DNA from: Chiloscyllium plagiosum
Lineage: Eukaryota
Direction: 5' to 3'
Length of the DNA stretch: 64,000 nt
NCBI RefSeq assembly: GCF_004010195.1
Contig: NC_057718.1
Location: 63,781,905-63,845,904 of the forward strand
Under the pieces are notes generated by a model, which was given only the letters and a program-made list of their open reading frames with translations, had not been told where the DNA came from and ran no database searches. Below are positions 12,908 to 24,129 of the stretch, piece after piece. Each line of letters begins with the position of its first letter. The first letter of the stretch is position 1. Both the position numbers and the translations under genes were made by a program.

Positions 12908-13259
12908 TAGTCATATAATCCCTACAGTGTGGAAACAGGGCATTTGGCCCAACAAGTCCACACTGACCCTCTGAAGAGTAGCCCAATCAGACCCAGTCCC
13001 CTACTACTTTACATTTACCCCTAACTAATGCACCGAACCTACACAACCCTGAATGTTATGGGCAATTTAGCATGGCCAATTCACCTAACCTGCATATCCT
13101 TGAATTGTGGGAGGAAACCAGAGAACCCGGAGGAAACCCACACTGACACAGGGAGAATTTACAAACTCCACAAGGACAGTCGCCCAAGGCTGGAATTGAG
13201 TCCAGGTCCCTGGCGTTGTGAGGCAGCAGCGCTAACCACTGAGCCACCGTGGTGCCCCA
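12908..13259 (-). mobile_element. HE1-type SINE
   Basis: Full head GGGGCACCACGGTGGCTCAGTGG on the minus strand, plus V-domain and tail. Confidence 0.9.
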
Positions 13260-14002
13260 TCTTTTCCATCTTAATTATATTTTTGTTTGTCTTTTGTTGT
13301 TTTTTAAAACTTTCCCAATCCTATAGCTTACAACTAATCTTTGCCACAATGTATGTTTTTCTTTTAATATGTTGCTATCCTTAACTTTCCTTGTTAACCA
13401 TGGTTAGCTTAACACCTTTCTAGAATTATTCTTACTCGCTGAGATAGATCTGAACCATGAATTATTCGCTTAAACATATCTTGTCAAGGATTCACCTCAT
13501 TATCAAGGACGCAATTATTTTGTATCATCCTCAAATTGATTAAACTTGCCCCCACCATTTAACACAATATCATTGACATGTACCACGAAAGGCAAGGGTT
13601 CTAGATCTACATCCAATTAACTTCAACTGAAAATGGTCTTCAAGTCACAAAACATCCATTGCTTACAACCACTGAACCAGCTTGCCAATGTCCCTTGAAA
13701 TCCATTGGCTCTTTCTCTATTGACTAGTCCACCATTGGAACTTTATCAAAATCTTGCTAAAATGCATGCAGACTATTACCATCTTGCTAATTACTTTTTT
13801 ACATTTGTTAGTGTCTTTATTTAAGAGTTAATAAAAATAGGTGGAGGCTATTACTTATCTGAGCATAAAGATAAGGAGTAACTATTATTCCTTATCTTTA
13901 TTCTGTGTATGTTGTGATTGGGGTAAGATTAAGGAATGCAATAAACTCCCGCAGAAGAAAAGATGAATGTGTCTTGATTTAAATATCTTCAACTGGCTTG
14001 GA

Positions 14003-14490
14003 ACAGTGAATCGGATTCCTGTAAGTGTGGTGTTGATGATCCGATGTGTGTTCTCTATTTCTGTGTTTTTAATTATTACAAAGGTGTCATCCACATATCT
14101 GACCCAGAGTTTGGGTTGAATTTAGATTAGATTAGATTACAGTGTGGAAACAGGCCCTTCGACCCAACAAGTCCACACCGACCCGCCGAAGCGAAACCCA
14201 CCCATACCCCTACATTTACCCCTTATCTAACACTACGGGCAATTTAGTATGGCCAATTCACCTGACCCTGCACATCTTTGGACTGTGGGAGGAAACCGGA
14301 GCACCCGGAGGAAACCCACGCAGACACGGGGAGAACGTGCAAACTCCACACAGTCAGTCGCCTGAGGCGGGAATTGAACCCGGGTCTCTGGCGCTGTGAG
14401 GCAGCAGTGCTAACCACTGTGCCACCGTGCCGCCCATAATTTGCGGTAAGACTGTTTGTTCTAATCTTTGCATTACTGCTTCTGCGATGT
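14003..14490 (-). mobile_element. Inverted internal Penelope RT fragment, interrupted by a SINE
   Basis: Reverse complement matches ~15633-15800 (WVRYVDDTFVIIK region) with a few substitutions. Confidence 0.85.
14124..14437 (-). mobile_element. HE1-type SINE, young subfamily
   Basis: Full length; TSD AATTT at 14119-14123 and 14438-14442. Confidence 0.92.
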
Positions 14491-16029
14491 AATGATCCAG
14501 GTAATGATTACAGATGCACACAACAGAAATTGCGCGCCAAAAAATCGTTCATTTCAAAAACCACCAATCAGGAATGGACCCGGACCATAGAACAGGCCGT
14601 CACCATAGGACAGAACAGGACCACACACCGCAAAAAAAAGGCACTAAAAGAAAAAATGGCCAAACTAACACACAACAGAGAGGACACCACAACACACGCC
14701 TGGGTTAGAAACCTCTCCCACAGACAGCTCACAGACACGGAAAGAACAATACTGGCCAAGGGACTCAACTACAACCATAGGGACGCCAAGACGGCAGACT
14801 TCCTAGCAGCACTAGAATACATACTGAGGAACAATGGACTGACAGAAGAGACACAACAAACAGTGAGACAAAGTACCGTACCCCTGATAACAAGGAAAAG
14901 ACAAACACATAACTTCAACACCAAGGAGAGGGAAGCACTAAAAGCACTAAGAAGCGATAAGAATACAATCATACTACCAGCAGACAAAGGCAGAATAACG
15001 GTCATCCTGGACAAAGCAGACTACATCCAAAAAGCGCAACAATTACTTGCAGATACCAACACCTACCAAAAAAGGGAGTTTGACCCCACCCCACAGCTCA
15101 CCAATAAGATAAATAACACACTGAGGAACCTACAAAGAAACGGACAGATAACCAGGTCGGACCTACAAAGAATAAAACCTGAAAGCAACAACATCCCCAG
15201 ATTCTACGGTCTACTTAAAGTGCACAAACCAGACATCCCACTCAGACCCATAGTATCACTACCAGGGACACCATCACACACAAACTGGCCAAAGAACTAC
15301 AGCAGAAACTGAAACACCTGATCAGCGGATCCAGACACACTATACAGTCAACACAGGAATTCTTGGACATCATCAGAAATATATACATAGACAAGGAAGA
15401 AACCATGGTCTCATTCGATGTAACGGCACTGTTCACCTCTATCGACAAAACCCTAGCCAGAGAAACAATAGCCAACCTGCTGGACATACAGAACAGACAA
15501 CAGGATATTGAACCTATCAACAAAGACGGCATACTCAAACTTCTAGACCTGTGCCTCACAACACACTTCACATTCAACAACCAAATATATGAACAAATCA
15601 ACGGCACACCCATGGGCTCACCCATCTCTGGACTCATAGCAGAAGCAGTAATGGAAAGATTAGAACAAACAGTCTTACCGCAAATTCAACCCAAACTCTG
15701 GGTCAGATATGTGGATGACACCTTTGTAATCATTAAAAACACAGAAATAGAGAACACACACTGGATCATCAACGCCACACTCACAGGAATCCGATTCACG
15801 AGAGAGGAAGAAAAGGACAACCAACTCCCATTCCTAGGCGTGATGGTACAGAGAACACCTAACAGAGAATTCACCACAAAGGTATTCAGGAAAGCCACAC
15901 ACACAGACCAAGTCCTGAACTACGAAAGCAACCACCCCAACACACACAAAAGAAGTTGCATCAAGACACTATTCAAAAGGGCCACAACACACTGCAGCAC
16001 ACCAGAACTCCAAAAAGAGGAAGAAGAAC

Positions 16030-16133
16030 NNNNNNNNNNNNNNNNNNNNNNNNNNNNNNNNNNNNNNNNNNNNNNNNNNNNNNNNNNNNNNNNNNNNNNN
16101 NNNNNNNNNNNNNNNNNNNNNNNNNNNNNNNNN
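16030..16133. other. Assembly gap (N run) inside the Penelope element
   Basis: Run of Ns between the RT thumb and the YIG motif. Confidence 1.
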
Positions 16134-16460
16134 TACATAGGACAAACAGGAAGACAGCTAACGATCCGCATCCATGAACACCAACTAGCCACGAAACGAC
16201 ACGACCAGCTATCCTTAGTAGCCACACACAGAGATGACAAGCAACATGAATTCGACTGGAACAACACTATTGGACAAGCCAAACAGAGAACAGCCAGGGA
16301 ATTCCTGGAGGCATGACACTCATCCACAGATTCAATAAATAAGCACATCGATCTGGACCAAATATACCGACCACTGCAACTGACAACCAGAAGCAGCAGA
16401 TTCAAACCACTACAAATGCCGGAGAAAAGATCACAGAAGCGCTTCACAGGAGGCTCCCAA

Positions 16461-16500
16461 GCACTGAGGATGTCACCTAGACAGGGGACGAAACGTCTGC
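16461..16500 (+). ncRNA. Minimal type-I hammerhead ribozyme motif in the Penelope pLTR
   Basis: GCA-CTGAGGA-T-GTCACCT(AGAC)AGGGGAC-GAAA-CGTC-TGC: core intact, stem I GCA/TGC, palindromic stem III ACGT, predicted cleavage after C16497. Confidence 0.8.
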
Positions 16501-16559
16501 AACACAAATTCCCAGCTCAGCGAACAGAACCACAACAATGAAATATACTTACTGTTGCA

Positions 16560-17640
16560 TGGGTTGTCAATGAGAAAATGCTCAAACTGGATGTGGAACA
16601 TGATAAGGAAATCATTTTTGGGAAGTCAGTGGAAGCCATTTCAGACAATCTGGATATTATTGTATCCCTTTAAAAAATGCTAACGTCTCTGAGCAAAATA
16701 TGAAAAAGGTGTTAATGGCATCAAAGGGAGGGAGCTTAGTGAAAAAGAGTTTAACAGTTTTCAAACTACTTTGGCAGCTTGTCTATCCATTTCTCAAGGT
16801 TAAAAATCCTGCTAAAGGTTGCAGGAGTAATTGGGTATTCTAAACTAATTTAAGAGATCAGTGATAAATTTGTAGCGTGTGCAAAATTTAAAAAGACATC
16901 ATTGCAACCCATAGTAAATTATTTGAGTAAAGTTATAGCAATGGACTTGAAGGTACCATGGAAAAAGATTGTCAACTTACACTCCAAGCTCATGGCAACT
17001 TTAATCAGTCCTGTTGCAATATATATATTGGAGAAGAAAAAAGACTGTGGACAAGAGAAATGGATAGGAATTAGACTGGGGGCTTCAACTAAGTTCCTAA
17101 TTGCAATGATAGCAGTTGCAGCAGTGTTACTGAGGAAAGGGTATTTGCTAACAATAAGTTTAAAGATATGTGTGAAAATATGCATATTTTAATTGTGTTG
17201 GAAAGCCTTTTTAGTAATTCAATTTATAAAAGAAATTATGAAATAATAGATGAGATGTTTTCTAAAATGTTAGAGGACTAACCATGTTGTAAACTAACAC
17301 CAGTTATGGTATGGGCTCCCAAGGGCACCCCATGGGAAGAATTCATAGCAGATGGTTGACATTTATTGTTCATAGCAATTGTTTTTTGGAAGAAATCCAA
17401 AATTTTCTTTAGTAATAAGCAATAGTCCCCTAGTTTGGGAAACGACTAAGATAAGCTCAAGTTTTTTTTCTGAGCAAATGTACGCAGCCAAAAGAGTATC
17501 CATTAAGATTGAGGAAGCCCGATGGCACTATGTAAGAGCAAAGTGATACATTTTAATCCAGGGGATATAGTATATTACAAAAGAAAACAGAAGTATGATG
17601 ATTGAAGTCCAGGTATGACATATATAGTGATGGTAAAATA
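16560..17640 (+). mobile_element. Highly decayed LTR-retrotransposon pol/integrase fragment
   Basis: Residual motifs such as IAMDLKV and FNPGDIVYYKR near the 3' end; many stops. Confidence 0.4.
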
Positions 17641-17681
17641 ACAATATTACAACATTGTAATTAAACTATTTAATTTTTCAG

Positions 17682-17790
17682 ATTAAATGACACTGATGAT
17701 TACTTATTCAGCTTCTGTAACTGGTATCGAACTAGTGATGGGGTACCACACACTTAGCATACAAATACGTTGGACAATTATAAGGCGCAG
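17682..17790 (+). pseudogene. Putative decayed exon (C2-like continuation)
   Basis: Acceptor TTTAATTTTTCAG|, donor GCAG|GTAACG; phase 2 in, phase 0 out; (R)LNDTDDYLFSFCNWYRTSDGVPHT*HTNTLDNYKAQ with one TAG at 17755. Confidence 0.45.
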
Positions 17791-17827
17791 GTAACGGCAG
17801 ATAAAGGACTGATTGATAATGACTTTG

Positions 17828-17965
17828 AAGCAAAAACAAAAATTCCTGGTAAAGCTCAGCAGGTTTGGCAGCACCTGTGGAGAGAAATCAAGGTTAATGT
17901 TTCAGGTTGAGTGACCCTTCCTCAGAACTCTTCTTACAGTATCCGCAGTTCTTTCGGTTTTTATT
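17828..17965 (-). mobile_element. Neptune-type Penelope pLTR fragment with degenerate hammerhead
   Basis: Minus strand CTGAGGAAGGGTCACTCAACCTGAAACATT; related pieces at ~19060-19160(+), 22420-22505(+), 39140-39240(-) and 61075-61160(+). Confidence 0.65.
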
Positions 17966-19328
17966 TAGTGATTCTAAAGAACAGATTAACTCCACTTATC
18001 CCAGAGAAGAACAACCAAAATTCATCTTTAGAGTCACAAATATGTCAGCAAGGGGCCGATGAATGGAAAGATGCCACCTTCCTTTCAATCTTGTTAAGCG
18101 AGGGTAGGAGGCATTGGGAAAAATAAAAATGCCTCCCTAGGCCTTGAATGATGTGGGCTACGGCAAGAATTTTGGGAAAATTGGGTAAGATATTAAACGA
18201 GAATGCTCTTCTTGATGTTGAGATCAAAAAATAGTATTTTCCAACCAAGTCCTAGATGTTCTCACCAGTGAGCAGTGAAAAGCATGTTAACAGGAATTAT
18301 TGCCCACTATCATCCTTATTTTTATTTAATTGCATCCTCATTAATATGCAGGCTCATAATCTCCCATCTGCCGGATAAAAACTAGATGCTGACAATTCCC
18401 GACATGAACATCAGGAGGGTATCTGGCAACTCCAGTTTGTCTTTGCTCCTTCAGGTTTCCATTTTGGAGTCGAGTACCAATATTTTAGGGCACGCTCCAT
18501 TTTGCAGTGACTGCACATGCCCCATAGACATTGGCATCCAACAAGTACTAGCTTCATCTTTTCATCATGGTACATCTCCATTCCACTTACATTATGGAAT
18601 CTTTTTAATGCTGCACTTCAGAGTGCACTCACTGGAATATTGCTGTGAGGATATAGGGACGTGTAGCTAGGTCATGAATTGGATCGCATCTCCGTGTTAT
18701 TCATTTGCTTTGTTAGTATTCACTCACTTTGTGTCTACCTGGATGCTCATAGCATCCCTGCCTTGCTTTGCCTTTTTTGTGCTTTGGCCATTTTGCCAAA
18801 TCTTTAAGAGGGAATATACTTCTGCCTGGCCTTGCTGTTTGGAGTAGACACAAAGCCAGGCAGCTTGTCATTCACATCCGCAGACAAACAGTCGTCCAAC
18901 CCTTTTTTGTCTCACAAGTATAGTGTCTGAGTAAATGAGTTTATGTCGAAACTTGTTAAAGTGTCCAAAGTGCGAGCGACAGCTCCATGCCTAACCTCCC
19001 ATTATCAGTTTGGAATATTGAAAGTACAGACAGTAGAAACTAAGTTAAGTACCACTGAAATCTGAAGAAAGATAACTGGACCTAAAACATTCACTCTGAT
19101 TTCTCTCCACAGATGCTGCCAGACCTGCGGGGTTTTTCCACCAATTTTTCTTTTTGTCTCTGAGTGAACTGAAAAGGTGACTCTAATTGACATCTTCAGA
19201 AAACCAACCAAGAAACAATCATCTACAGCTGTGGAACAACACAACATGAAAATCACTTAAGTAATCTGGCCAGTCTTGTTATTTTGTTTTATTCATCCTT
19301 AACTGTGGTTATTTGTCTGCCTGTGTTT

Positions 19329-19690
19329 GGTGTGGTGGCACGGTGGCTAGGGCGGCATGGTGACTCAGTGGTTAGCACTGCTGCCTCACAGTGCCAGGGT
19401 CGCGAAATCAATTCTAGCCTCGGGTGACTGTCTGTGTGGAGTTTGCACATTCTCCCTCCATCTGCATGGGTTTCCTCCAGGTGCTCCAGTTACCTCCCAC
19501 AATCCAAAGATGTGCGGGTTAGGTGAATTGGCCGTGCTAAATTGTGTGGAATGTGTAGGTTAGGTGCACTAGTCAGAGGTAAATGTAGAGCAATAGGGTA
19601 GGGGAATGGGTCTGAGTGGGTTACCCTTCGGAGGGACAGTGTGGACTTGTTGGGCTGAAGGGCCTGATTCCACACTGTAGGGATTCTATG
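19329..19690 (+). mobile_element. HE1-type SINE
   Basis: A-box, V-domain, tail GGGATTCTATGA; duplicated 5' start. Confidence 0.85.
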
Positions 19691-19861
19691 AATGGAGTCT
19701 GAAAACAAACGTTGTTTGGTTTAAACATAGACATCGCTTTGTTGTTTAATTTTGCTCTGCTAAAGTTACTATATTGTTAATAAGTTGCTAAATCTTATCT
19801 AAGCTACAGAGCAGTGTTGAGAATTGATCGGTTATAGAATCTGAGATTGATTATTGAAAAG

Positions 19862-20451
19862 AGTTGAAAAAATGTGGTGCTGGAAAAACACAGCAGGCCA
19901 GGCAGCATCCAAGGAGCAGGAGAATCGACGTTTCGGGCATAAGCCCTTCTTCAGGAATCTTTCCTGGTTGGGTCCAAATTGTGTTGGTTTGAATGTAGTC
20001 TGGAGTCCATGCGGGGTCAGTCGGTTCCGTAGGCAGGTGCTGAGGAAAGAGATGTGGCTGTAGTAGCGAGTTTGTCTCAGGACGTGGCTGAAGGGCTTCA
20101 GGGCAGAGGAGATGACCTGGGGGGGTGCAGTGAGAGAGGGACTCACTGAAATCCTGGTAGAGGGAGGAGGAGAGCTTCTTCAAGGTAGGCATCCTTGCAA
20201 GAGGATTCGCAGTAGGTTAAGATCAACTAGGAGAAAGTGAAGACTGCAGATGCTGGAGTACCAGAGTTGAAAGATTTGGTGCTGGAAAAACACAGTAGGC
20301 CAGGCAGCATCCGAGGAGCAGGAGAATCGACGTTTTGGGCATAAGCCCTTCTTCAGGAATCTTTTCTTTCCTGAAGATGGGCTTATGCCCGAAATGTCGA
20401 TTCTCCTGCTCCTCGGATGCTACCTGGCCTGCTGTGTTTTTCCAGCACCAT
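19862..20451 (-). mobile_element. Non-autonomous Penelope derivative: pLTR, ORF N-terminus, pLTR (minus strand) plus an inverted pLTR
   Basis: TSD ATTG(A/T)TTATTGAAAAG at 19846-19861 and 20452-20467; three hammerhead motifs; internal segment encodes MPTLKKLSSSL.../FSHVLRQTRYYSHISFLSTCLRNRLTPHGL, a PLE N-terminal HxxFLxxC-type motif. Confidence 0.85.
19921..19960 (-). ncRNA. Intact minimal type-I hammerhead ribozyme motif
   Basis: Minus strand AGATTC-CTGAAGA-A-GGGC(TTAT)GCCC-GAAA-CGTC-GATTCT: stem I 5 of 6 bp, stem II 4 bp, stem III palindrome ACGT, GUC cleavage triplet. Confidence 0.8.
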
Positions 20452-20713
20452 ATTGTTTATTGAAAAGTCTGGTTAGGAACCATTGGGGTTAATTTTGAGC
20501 ATCTTTCAAGGTTTTAATGTTACTATGCTGTGAATACAGAGGTAGGAAGACTAGTTGTCTGCTTCTGTGTCATAACATCTCTACCAAAGAGAACCTTCTG
20601 GAAGTCTAATAGTTAGTTTATTTAAAATTGCTATTTGCTTTTATCATGCCATGATTGTCTTTTAAATTATTTGCACGCACTTTACAAGAGATTTTGCCTT
20701 GTTTATAAATAAG

Positions 20714-20850
20714 AGATTTTCGTTTTATATTGGCTGAGTTCAGCAGGGGAGTGCAGTAGGAGTACAAAAAATGAGCTTCATAGAATCTGGTCAAAGGAGG
20801 ATAATTATGAGTCATGCTCCTGGTCTTTATTCAGTGACTCATTCTGGAAA
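20714..20850 (+). pseudogene. Putative decayed exon
   Basis: AG| at 20713 and |GTGAAT at 20851; phase 0 in, phase 2 out; RFSFYIG*VQQGSAVGVQKMSFIESGQRRIIMSHAPGLYSVTHSGK. Splice signals are weak. Confidence 0.3.
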
Positions 20851-21419
20851 GTGAATATATTTGCATTCAAGTGTGAAAATGATATATTTCAGTGCCTTGA
20901 GAAATACAATAAGTCATTACTTAAAATTGTGGTGCATGTATGAAAACCACAGCTTTAAGTGAAACCACTTTGAACAAATCATATTTTCTCATTAAACCAA
21001 AGTAAAATCTGTACTTGGGTTCTAAAGAACCTTTCTCATTAGAAAATTAATTAAAACACTACACCTTTTAAGTTGAAACATATTACATTGCTAAATTCCT
21101 GTATTGGTAAATGAAGTAACTTTTAAAACGAAATAGACTTTAATGTATAAAAGAGATAGGGTTAACTTTTTGCTTACAGTAGCTTCTCCTCATTGATGAT
21201 TCAGCTCTCTACACAGTCCGCGCTCTTACTCTCTCATCACACTGATCTATCCCCTTGCTGACCCTTTCCCTTGTGGACCTCTGTTGCTCCCTGACCCACT
21301 ATTTCAAAAAACATCCCTTTGCTTGAACACTTCTGCTTGTCGCTTCTCTCTCCCGAACCTTTGCTGTGAGTGAGGCTTCAAGGATGTGTTAGCAGGAGAT
21401 CTGACAGCTAGGTGAATCT

Positions 21420-21620
21420 ACGATATCTGAATTGGTGAGGACAAGATCTCCAGAGCTGCTGCAGGTACAGTCTGGCAGGTACATACTTCAGGACTTGGCA
21501 GACGTGCTCAGTATTACCGAAATACTCTTAATGATGGAGACTGAAGTCTCCCACTCAGAATACAGTCCGTGACCATGTCTCGGTGCTCTTATGGTGTTCA
21601 ACATAGAGCAGTGCTGATTC
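21420..21620 (-). mobile_element. CR1-clade LINE APE endonuclease fragment
   Basis: Minus strand VGDFSLHH*EYFG...QVLKYVPARLYLQQ...DLVLTN. Confidence 0.6.
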
Positions 21621-22799
21621 ATTAGATGAGGGAAGTTGGGTAAGTAAGTGGCCACACATTTTTCTCTGTTTTGGAACTAGAAACTGAAATGGGAGCTGGA
21701 CTGTTATAACTGAAACACCAGGAGAGTTTTGCAACTTAAAAATCAAGTTGTGCTTATTCTTTGAGCTGTGTGACACAATGATCCTTTTGAAGCAGTGAGA
21801 ATGAGAATTGGAGACTGAATGGTACCAGAGGTCTTTTATGTTAAGGAAATTCTGCCTGACAACAGTCTGTTGATTGGTTGAATTGCTAGGTGTTAATAAA
21901 CTGTTGAGTGCCAAGGTCAGCAGAGAAGAAACTTCCAGAGCCTGCAAATAAAAAGCACTCTTTCTCGGTCTTTCACTCTCTCTCTCTCTCTCTATGCAGG
22001 TGATGAAAAACAATACAGCTTAAAAGGAAGAATTCTAAAAGAAGGGACAACCTGACCAACCAGCAAATTGAAGGACAATGACACACCACAGACAACAGTG
22101 TGTTGCCATTCTTAAAAGCAAAAAGACTTCAAGAAAATAATTTCACACCTTGTTTCTGGACTTTTGATCTTCAGAATTTTGTTTACTCTGTCTATTATTT
22201 CTTACCCATGAGTAAATGGTTAGAATTTGGAATAAACTACCTAAGAGGTAGCGAAGGCAGAGTCAATCATGGCTTCCAGCAGAGAAGTGGATAATTATCT
22301 GAAGAGAAAAGAGGGCTGAATTTTACCAGGTATTAGTTCTGTATTAAATTTGGCAAGTTTATCTCCATGAGGCTGGGCAAGATTTGTTACATTATGGGCT
22401 GAATCTTGCATTCTTTCATTCTGAAGAAGGGTCACCTGACCCAAAACATTAATTCTGATTTAATGTTGCCAGATCTGCTGAGCTTTTCCAGCAACTTCCA
22501 TTTTTGAATCTTATATTTTTTGGTTAAGTCTGAGTTGTATCAGGTTATGTTCGAGGGATTTCTGCAGGAAGGCTGAATGGATTTTCTCATACTCTCTGAC
22601 CAAATTTGGTTCATTAATTACCTCCACCACCCTACAATGTCCCTCATATCTGATTCCGGTCCCATTTTACCAAGTGGTATTCCCCTCAGCAGATAGCTCA
22701 GAATTCACCCATTTCCCTTGTGTGTCTTTAAAAGCTCAATGTGAACCCACACAATTCCTATCAGTGTTGAGCTGCTCTGCACAGTTTCTGAGATTTGCT

Positions 22800-23025
22800 C
22801 TAGACATGGCAGACAAGGTGAATGCATCGCCCCACTTTGTGCGCAGGAGGTCCTGCTGGATGGGTTGTGCAGAAGTGGGATTTCCACTTCCAACAGTGGA
22901 GGCCATGACATCAGACCATGCCAACCTTTGGCCCACCCGGGTCAAAGTAGTCTCAACCATCTGGAGGAAAACCCAGCACTGGAGGAATTAGAACAATGAC
23001 CTTCTCCACTCTGCCAGTGTATGTG
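22800..23025 (+). mobile_element. Decayed PIF/Harbinger-associated Myb/SANT-like gene fragment
   Basis: ASPHF...EVLLDGL...RKTQHWRN*NNDLLHSA then GT; parallels 53320-53565. Confidence 0.45.
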
Positions 23026-23590
23026 TCAGCATTTTCTTTCCACTACCTCACTGACTCTATCTCTGCTTCTGTACACATCCCCCAGCAAGGATCAAGCTCC
23101 ATCACTCTCACTACTGCCTGCACCATTTTCCCTCAAGCACTGTCACCCACCTCAGGCCCCACTGCCACCAATCTTAGACCCCTGACACTACTAACCTTTC
23201 ATGACCTCTGAGCTACCTACTCACTCACTCAGGACAACTCCCCAACTGCACAAAATAGTAAGAGCTGTGCCACCAACTTTCATCTCCCACGATACCTGCT
23301 TCTCTCTCCTATATGGGGGTTGGAGATGTGCTGGGATCAGAGGGTTTGTAGAGGCTGCTGTATGTTGCATATCGATGTCGGTGGACATGGGGTATGGGTA
23401 ACCAGTGCCCAGGGAACATGCCCTAAGATGTTGGTGCACAGTGTCCACTTACTTTGGAGTAAGTGGTGAGTCGATTTTGCTAGGTACCTGCTCTGGTTTC
23501 CATGTTGGGTTTTCTTGATGTCTAGCTTGTTTGTCATCTTTGTGAAGTCAGAAAACTGAATAGTGATGAGGGAAGGTGGACTCTTTTAAG

Positions 23591-23810
23591 TATCTTGGAG
23601 TGGAGAGTGTGGTACTGGAAAAGCACAGAGGTCAGGCAGCATCCAAGGAGCAGCAGAATCAACAATTCGGGCATAAGCTCTTCATTAGGAATGAGGGCTT
23701 ACGCTCGAAACGTCGATTCTCCTGCTTCACAGATGCTGCCTGACTTGCTGTGCTTTTCCAGAACCACACTCTCAACTCTAATCTCTAGCATCGGCAATCT
23801 TCACTTTCTC
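23591..23810. mobile_element. Head-to-head Penelope pLTR mini-element
   Basis: TSD CTCTTTTAAG at 23581-23590 and 23811-23820; inverted arms with hammerhead remnants (GGGCTTACGCTCGAAACGTCG). Confidence 0.85.
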
Positions 23811-24129
23811 CTCTTTTAAGGAGGTGTTAAATGAGTAATAATTCCCCCTTAACTGGCAAAATGTCGCTGCTTGTCAACTGCTCCAGGCATGGCAGACAGA
23901 GGGAATCTGTAACCCCACCTTGCCAACAGGGACCTGAAGGTCTTTGTGGATAGATGGTGTGGGCAGTCACTGCCAATGGAGCATGGCATGACATATTGAT
24001 GACCACTGTCCAAGATGGAATGCCAAAGAATCTGGAGTTCCCAATTAACTATTTTGACTTTCATGTCAAGAATCGTCACTGTTAAGTTTCTATCCAGAGA
24101 ATGGAAAATTGGATAATTGCATATCAATG

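Larger units (their letters stand above)
5907..13480 (-). mobile_element. Decayed CR1 LINE hosting the Gypsy element and two SINEs (pieces 5907-6022 and 11229-13480)
   Basis: CR1 3' UTR at 5907-6022 continues collinearly after 11228; CR1 ORF2-like sequence on the minus strand to ~13480. Confidence 0.7.
14514..16540 (+). mobile_element. Young Penelope-like element (Poseidon/Penelope-type RT plus GIY-YIG endonuclease), 5'-truncated
   Basis: ORFs 14530-15312 and 15363-16316: LAKGLNY, ILPADKG, PRFYGLxKVHK, MVSFDVTALFT, QINGTPMGSPIS, RYVDD, FRKATHTD, YIGQTGRQLTIRIHEH. One frameshift (extra AC at ~15276-15282) and a TGA at 16314; 3' pLTR with hammerhead. Confidence 0.95.

Noticed and set aside
15920..16507. 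195-aa minus-strand ORF
   Set aside because: Antisense shadow of the Penelope ORF, inflated by the N gap.
21335..21370. Minus-strand QQRFGREKR, resembling an RFamide neuropeptide cleavage motif
   Set aside because: No signal peptide or open precursor frame; it lies beside a LINE endonuclease fragment and is likely chance.
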